This document shows positions 45,986 to 48,475 of a stretch of DNA of 48,475 nt, piece by piece; the first letter of the stretch is position 1, and each line of letters begins with the position of its first letter. The notes under the pieces are model-generated. The model was given only the letters and a program-made list of their open reading frames with translations, was not told where the DNA came from and ran no database searches. Origin of the DNA: an uncultured bacterium (lineage in GTDB: Bacteria > CAYJRR01); assembly GCA_964372275.1 (NCBI GenBank), contig CAYJRR010000017.1, forward strand, positions 1 through 48,475. Direction: 5' to 3'. A program made the position numbers and the translations under genes.

Positions 45986-47080
45986 ATGAAGCTCGGGATC
46001 GTCGGTCTCCCCAACGTCGGCAAGTCGACGCTGTTCAACGCGCTCACCGCGGTCGGCGCGCCGGCGGAGAACTATCCGTTCTGCACCGTCGACCCGAACG
46101 TCGGCGTCGTCGAGGTGCCCGATCCGCGGCTCGACGTGCTCGAACAGAAGGTGAAGCCCAAGAAGAAGGTGCCGGCGACGGTGCAGTTCGTCGACATCGC
46201 GGGTCTGGTCAAAGGGGCCTCCGCCGGCGAGGGGCTCGGCAACCAGTTCCTGGCGCACATCCGCGAGACCGACGCCATCGTCCACGTGGTGCGGTGCTTC
46301 GACGATCCGAACGTGGTCCACGTGATGGGCGGAGTCGATCCGGTGCGCGACCGGGAGATCATCAACCTGGAGCTGGCGCTCGCCGACCTGCAGAGCCTCG
46401 AGAAGCGGCTGGAGAAGACGAAGAAGGCGGCCAAGGTCGGGAACAAGGAGGTGCTGGCGGAGCTCGCGCTGCTGGAGCGCGCGCAGGCGGAGCTGTCGAA
46501 CGGACGGCCGGCGCGCCTCGCCGACCTCGACGACGAGCAACGCAAGATCGTCTCGACCTTCGGCCTCCTGACGGCGAAGCCGGTCCTCTACCTCGCCAAC
46601 GTGGCGGAGGACGACCTCGACGGAAACGGACCGCACGTGGCGGCGCTCCGGAAGGCGGTCGAGGCGTCGGGCGAGCGGGCGGAGATCATCCCGATCTGCT
46701 CCAAGATCGAGGCCGAGCTGGCCGAGCTCGACCCGAGCGAGCGCGCGGAGTTCCTCCGCTCGCTCGGTGTCAAGGAACCCGGATTGAACCGCCTCATCCG
46801 CTCCGGCTACCGGCTGCTCGGCCTCCAGACCTACTTCACCGCCGGCGAGCCGGAAGTGCGCGCCTGGACGGTGCCGGTCGGGGCCAAGGCGCCGCAGGCG
46901 GCCGGGGTGATCCATTCCGACTTCGAGCGCGGCTTCATCCGCGCGGAGACGGTCGGCTACGCCGACTTCGAACGGCTCGGAAGCCTGAAGGCAGCGCGCG
47001 AGCAGGGACTGATGCGCTCCGAAGGAAAGGACTACGTCGTCGCCGACGGCGACATCCTCCTGTTCCGGTTCAACGTCTGA
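45986..47080 (+). CDS. ychF: Redox-regulated ATPase YchF (Obg family)
   Basis: GIVGLPNVGKSTLFNALT, NYPFCTVDPN, DIAGLVKGAS, TGS domain ending EGKDYVVADGDILLFRFNV. Confidence 0.98.
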   Translation: MKLGIVGLPNVGKSTLFNALTAVGAPAENYPFCTVDPNVGVVEVPDPRLDVLEQKVKPKKKVPATVQFVDIAGLVKGASAGEGLGNQFLAHIRETDAIVHVVRCFDDPNVVHVMGGVDPVRDREIINLELALADLQSLEKRLEKTKKAAKVGNKEVLAELALLERAQAELSNGRPARLADLDDEQRKIVSTFGLLTAKPVLYLANVAEDDLDGNGPHVAALRKAVEASGERAEIIPICSKIEAELAELDPSERAEFLRSLGVKEPGLNRLIRSGYRLLGLQTYFTAGEPEVRAWTVPVGAKAPQAAGVIHSDFERGFIRAETVGYADFERLGSLKAAREQGLMRSEGKDYVVADGDILLFRFNV

Positions 47081-47117
47081 TGGCGGGAACCTCGCACCGG
47101 CTCCGGATCCACGCCTG

Positions 47118-47945
47118 ATGGGACTCCTCGAGCTCGTCCTCCTCGGGATCGTCCAGGGGCTGACCGAGTTCTTGCCGATCTCCAGCGACGGGCACCTGGC
47201 GTTGGCGCAGCGCCTCTTCGGCGCGGAGAGCCCGAGCCTCGCGATCACGGTTGCGCTGCACGCCGGGACGCTCGCCGCGGTCGTCGTCTACTTCCGAGGC
47301 GACCTTGCGCGAATCGTGCGGTCGCTGCCGGCCGTGCTCGCGCGCAAGGCCCCGGTGGCCGACCGGCGTCTGGCGTGGGCCATTGCCGTCGGTTCGGTCC
47401 CGACGGCGATACTGGGGCTCGCGCTCAAGGGGCCGACCGCGGTGATGAGCGAGGACCTGCTCGCGATCGCCGCGTGCCTTTCGGTGTCGGGGCTGTGGAA
47501 CGGGATCGTCGTGCTGCGCGCGCGCGGTATGCCCGCCGCAGGCGCGACCGGCGCCTCGGGAACGCGCGGGGCGGAGACGTTGAGCGCCGCGGACGCGCTG
47601 GCGATCGGCGCGGTGCAGGGGTTGGCGGTGCTGCCCGGCCTTTCGAGGAGCGCCTCCACGATCGGGATGGGGGTGGCGCTGGGGCTCTCCCGCGACGTCG
47701 CCGCGCGCTTCTCCTTCCTGCTGTCGCTGCCCGCCGTGGCCGGAGCGCTCCTGCTCGAGGCGAAAGACCTGTCGGGGCTCCCGGCCGAGGCGATCGTCCC
47801 GGTGGCAGTCGGTGTCGCCGTCTCCTTCGCGGTCGGCATGCTGGCGCTTCGGCTGCTGTTCGCGGTGCTACGCCGCGGGCGGTTCGACCTGTTCGCCTAC
47901 TACTGCTTTGCGCTCGCCGCCTTCCTCGCCTGGCGCGCGACGTAA
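47118..47945 (+). CDS. uppP: Undecaprenyl-diphosphate phosphatase (BacA)
   Basis: GIVQGLTEFLPISSDGHL, LHAGT, PGLSRSASTI, ARFSFLLS. Confidence 0.96.
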   Translation: MGLLELVLLGIVQGLTEFLPISSDGHLALAQRLFGAESPSLAITVALHAGTLAAVVVYFRGDLARIVRSLPAVLARKAPVADRRLAWAIAVGSVPTAILGLALKGPTAVMSEDLLAIAACLSVSGLWNGIVVLRARGMPAAGATGASGTRGAETLSAADALAIGAVQGLAVLPGLSRSASTIGMGVALGLSRDVAARFSFLLSLPAVAGALLLEAKDLSGLPAEAIVPVAVGVAVSFAVGMLALRLLFAVLRRGRFDLFAYYCFALAAFLAWRAT

Positions 47946-48007
47946 GGTCGAGGCCCAGATCCGACCCGAATCGGTATCCGTAACCGGTTCCGATCCGCCC
48001 GAATCTC

Positions 48008-48475
48008 TCAGCAAGCCCTCCGTCCGAGGAGGATCCCGCCCGCCACCGCCACGGCGAGGGCGAGAACCCCAGCGCGCGTGCCCGTGCCGGAGCGATGCGG
48101 ACCACCCGCGCCGTGGCGATGCGAACGACCGGTCACGTGGCAGGCGGAGGCCTCACCCCCACCGCGTCCGGACGGCGCCGCCGGGACCTCGACCGTCGTC
48201 GCCACGGAGTGACCCTGCCGGCCGGCGCCGTCGATCGCCCAGACGACGACCGTCACCTCGCTCCGCTCCGGGACGGCGATCGTCCCTTGGCTGGCGACGA
48301 ACGACAGCGAGTGCGGCGCCGCTTCGGCGGTGGCGGGGGCGAACTCGGGGACGAGGTCTTCGACCTGGACCGAAAGCGCGTAGACCACCTGGCTCGCGTC
48401 CTCGGTGTCCGGCCAGTCGACCGCGAGCGGAAAGTACCCGGCGCGCAGACAGTCGTCCTCCTCGACCGGCGGAAC
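48008..48475 (-). CDS. C-terminal part of a surface protein with FN3/Ig-like domain and MYXO-CTERM-like anchor (runs off the window end)
   Basis: Frame open to the window end; VDWP..VVYAL..VVVWAIDGAGRQ; ends Gly-rich linker, SAC, hydrophobic GVLALAVAVAGGILL, RR. Confidence 0.7.
   Translation of the reverse strand, partial: VPPVEEDDCLRAGYFPLAVDWPDTEDASQVVYALSVQVEDLVPEFAPATAEAAPHSLSFVASQGTIAVPERSEVTVVVWAIDGAGRQGHSVATTVEVPAAPSGRGGGEASACHVTGRSHRHGAGGPHRSGTGTRAGVLALAVAVAGGILLGRRAC

Overview
High-GC bacterial chromosome segment, most likely Myxococcota/Deltaproteobacteria-like. This is inferred from a Pkn-type Ser/Thr kinase, a VWA lipoprotein, a MYXO-CTERM-like C-terminus, orphan PilT paralogues and many lipoproteins. 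It holds tRNA-Lys(TTT) and tRNA-Glu(TTC), a small accessory patch (~2.06-4.28 kb: IS91-like remnant, ORFan, internally deleted IS630) and about 40 CDS. These include LysR/pirin, four exported peptidases (M48, HtrA, S8, M1), a Tat DUF1501 protein paired with a CxxCH protein, rnhA, ychF and uppP. Best candidates for something new: (1) a two-gene unit of a hybrid sensor kinase with a degenerate ATPase domain and a 928-aa class III nucleotidyl-cyclase-like protein with atypical base-specifying residues; (2) a HEAT-repeat-PilT fusion abutting a second PilT, with no pilus genes in the window; (3) a lipoprotein ending in 19 tandem [YFH]-G-[DNT]-x tetrapeptides; (4) tandem copies of the tRNA-Lys 3' end separated by structured spacers; (5) five sigma54-type promoters, plus an IHF site, in front of exported proteins. 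All family calls are from motif recognition by eye; no searches were run.
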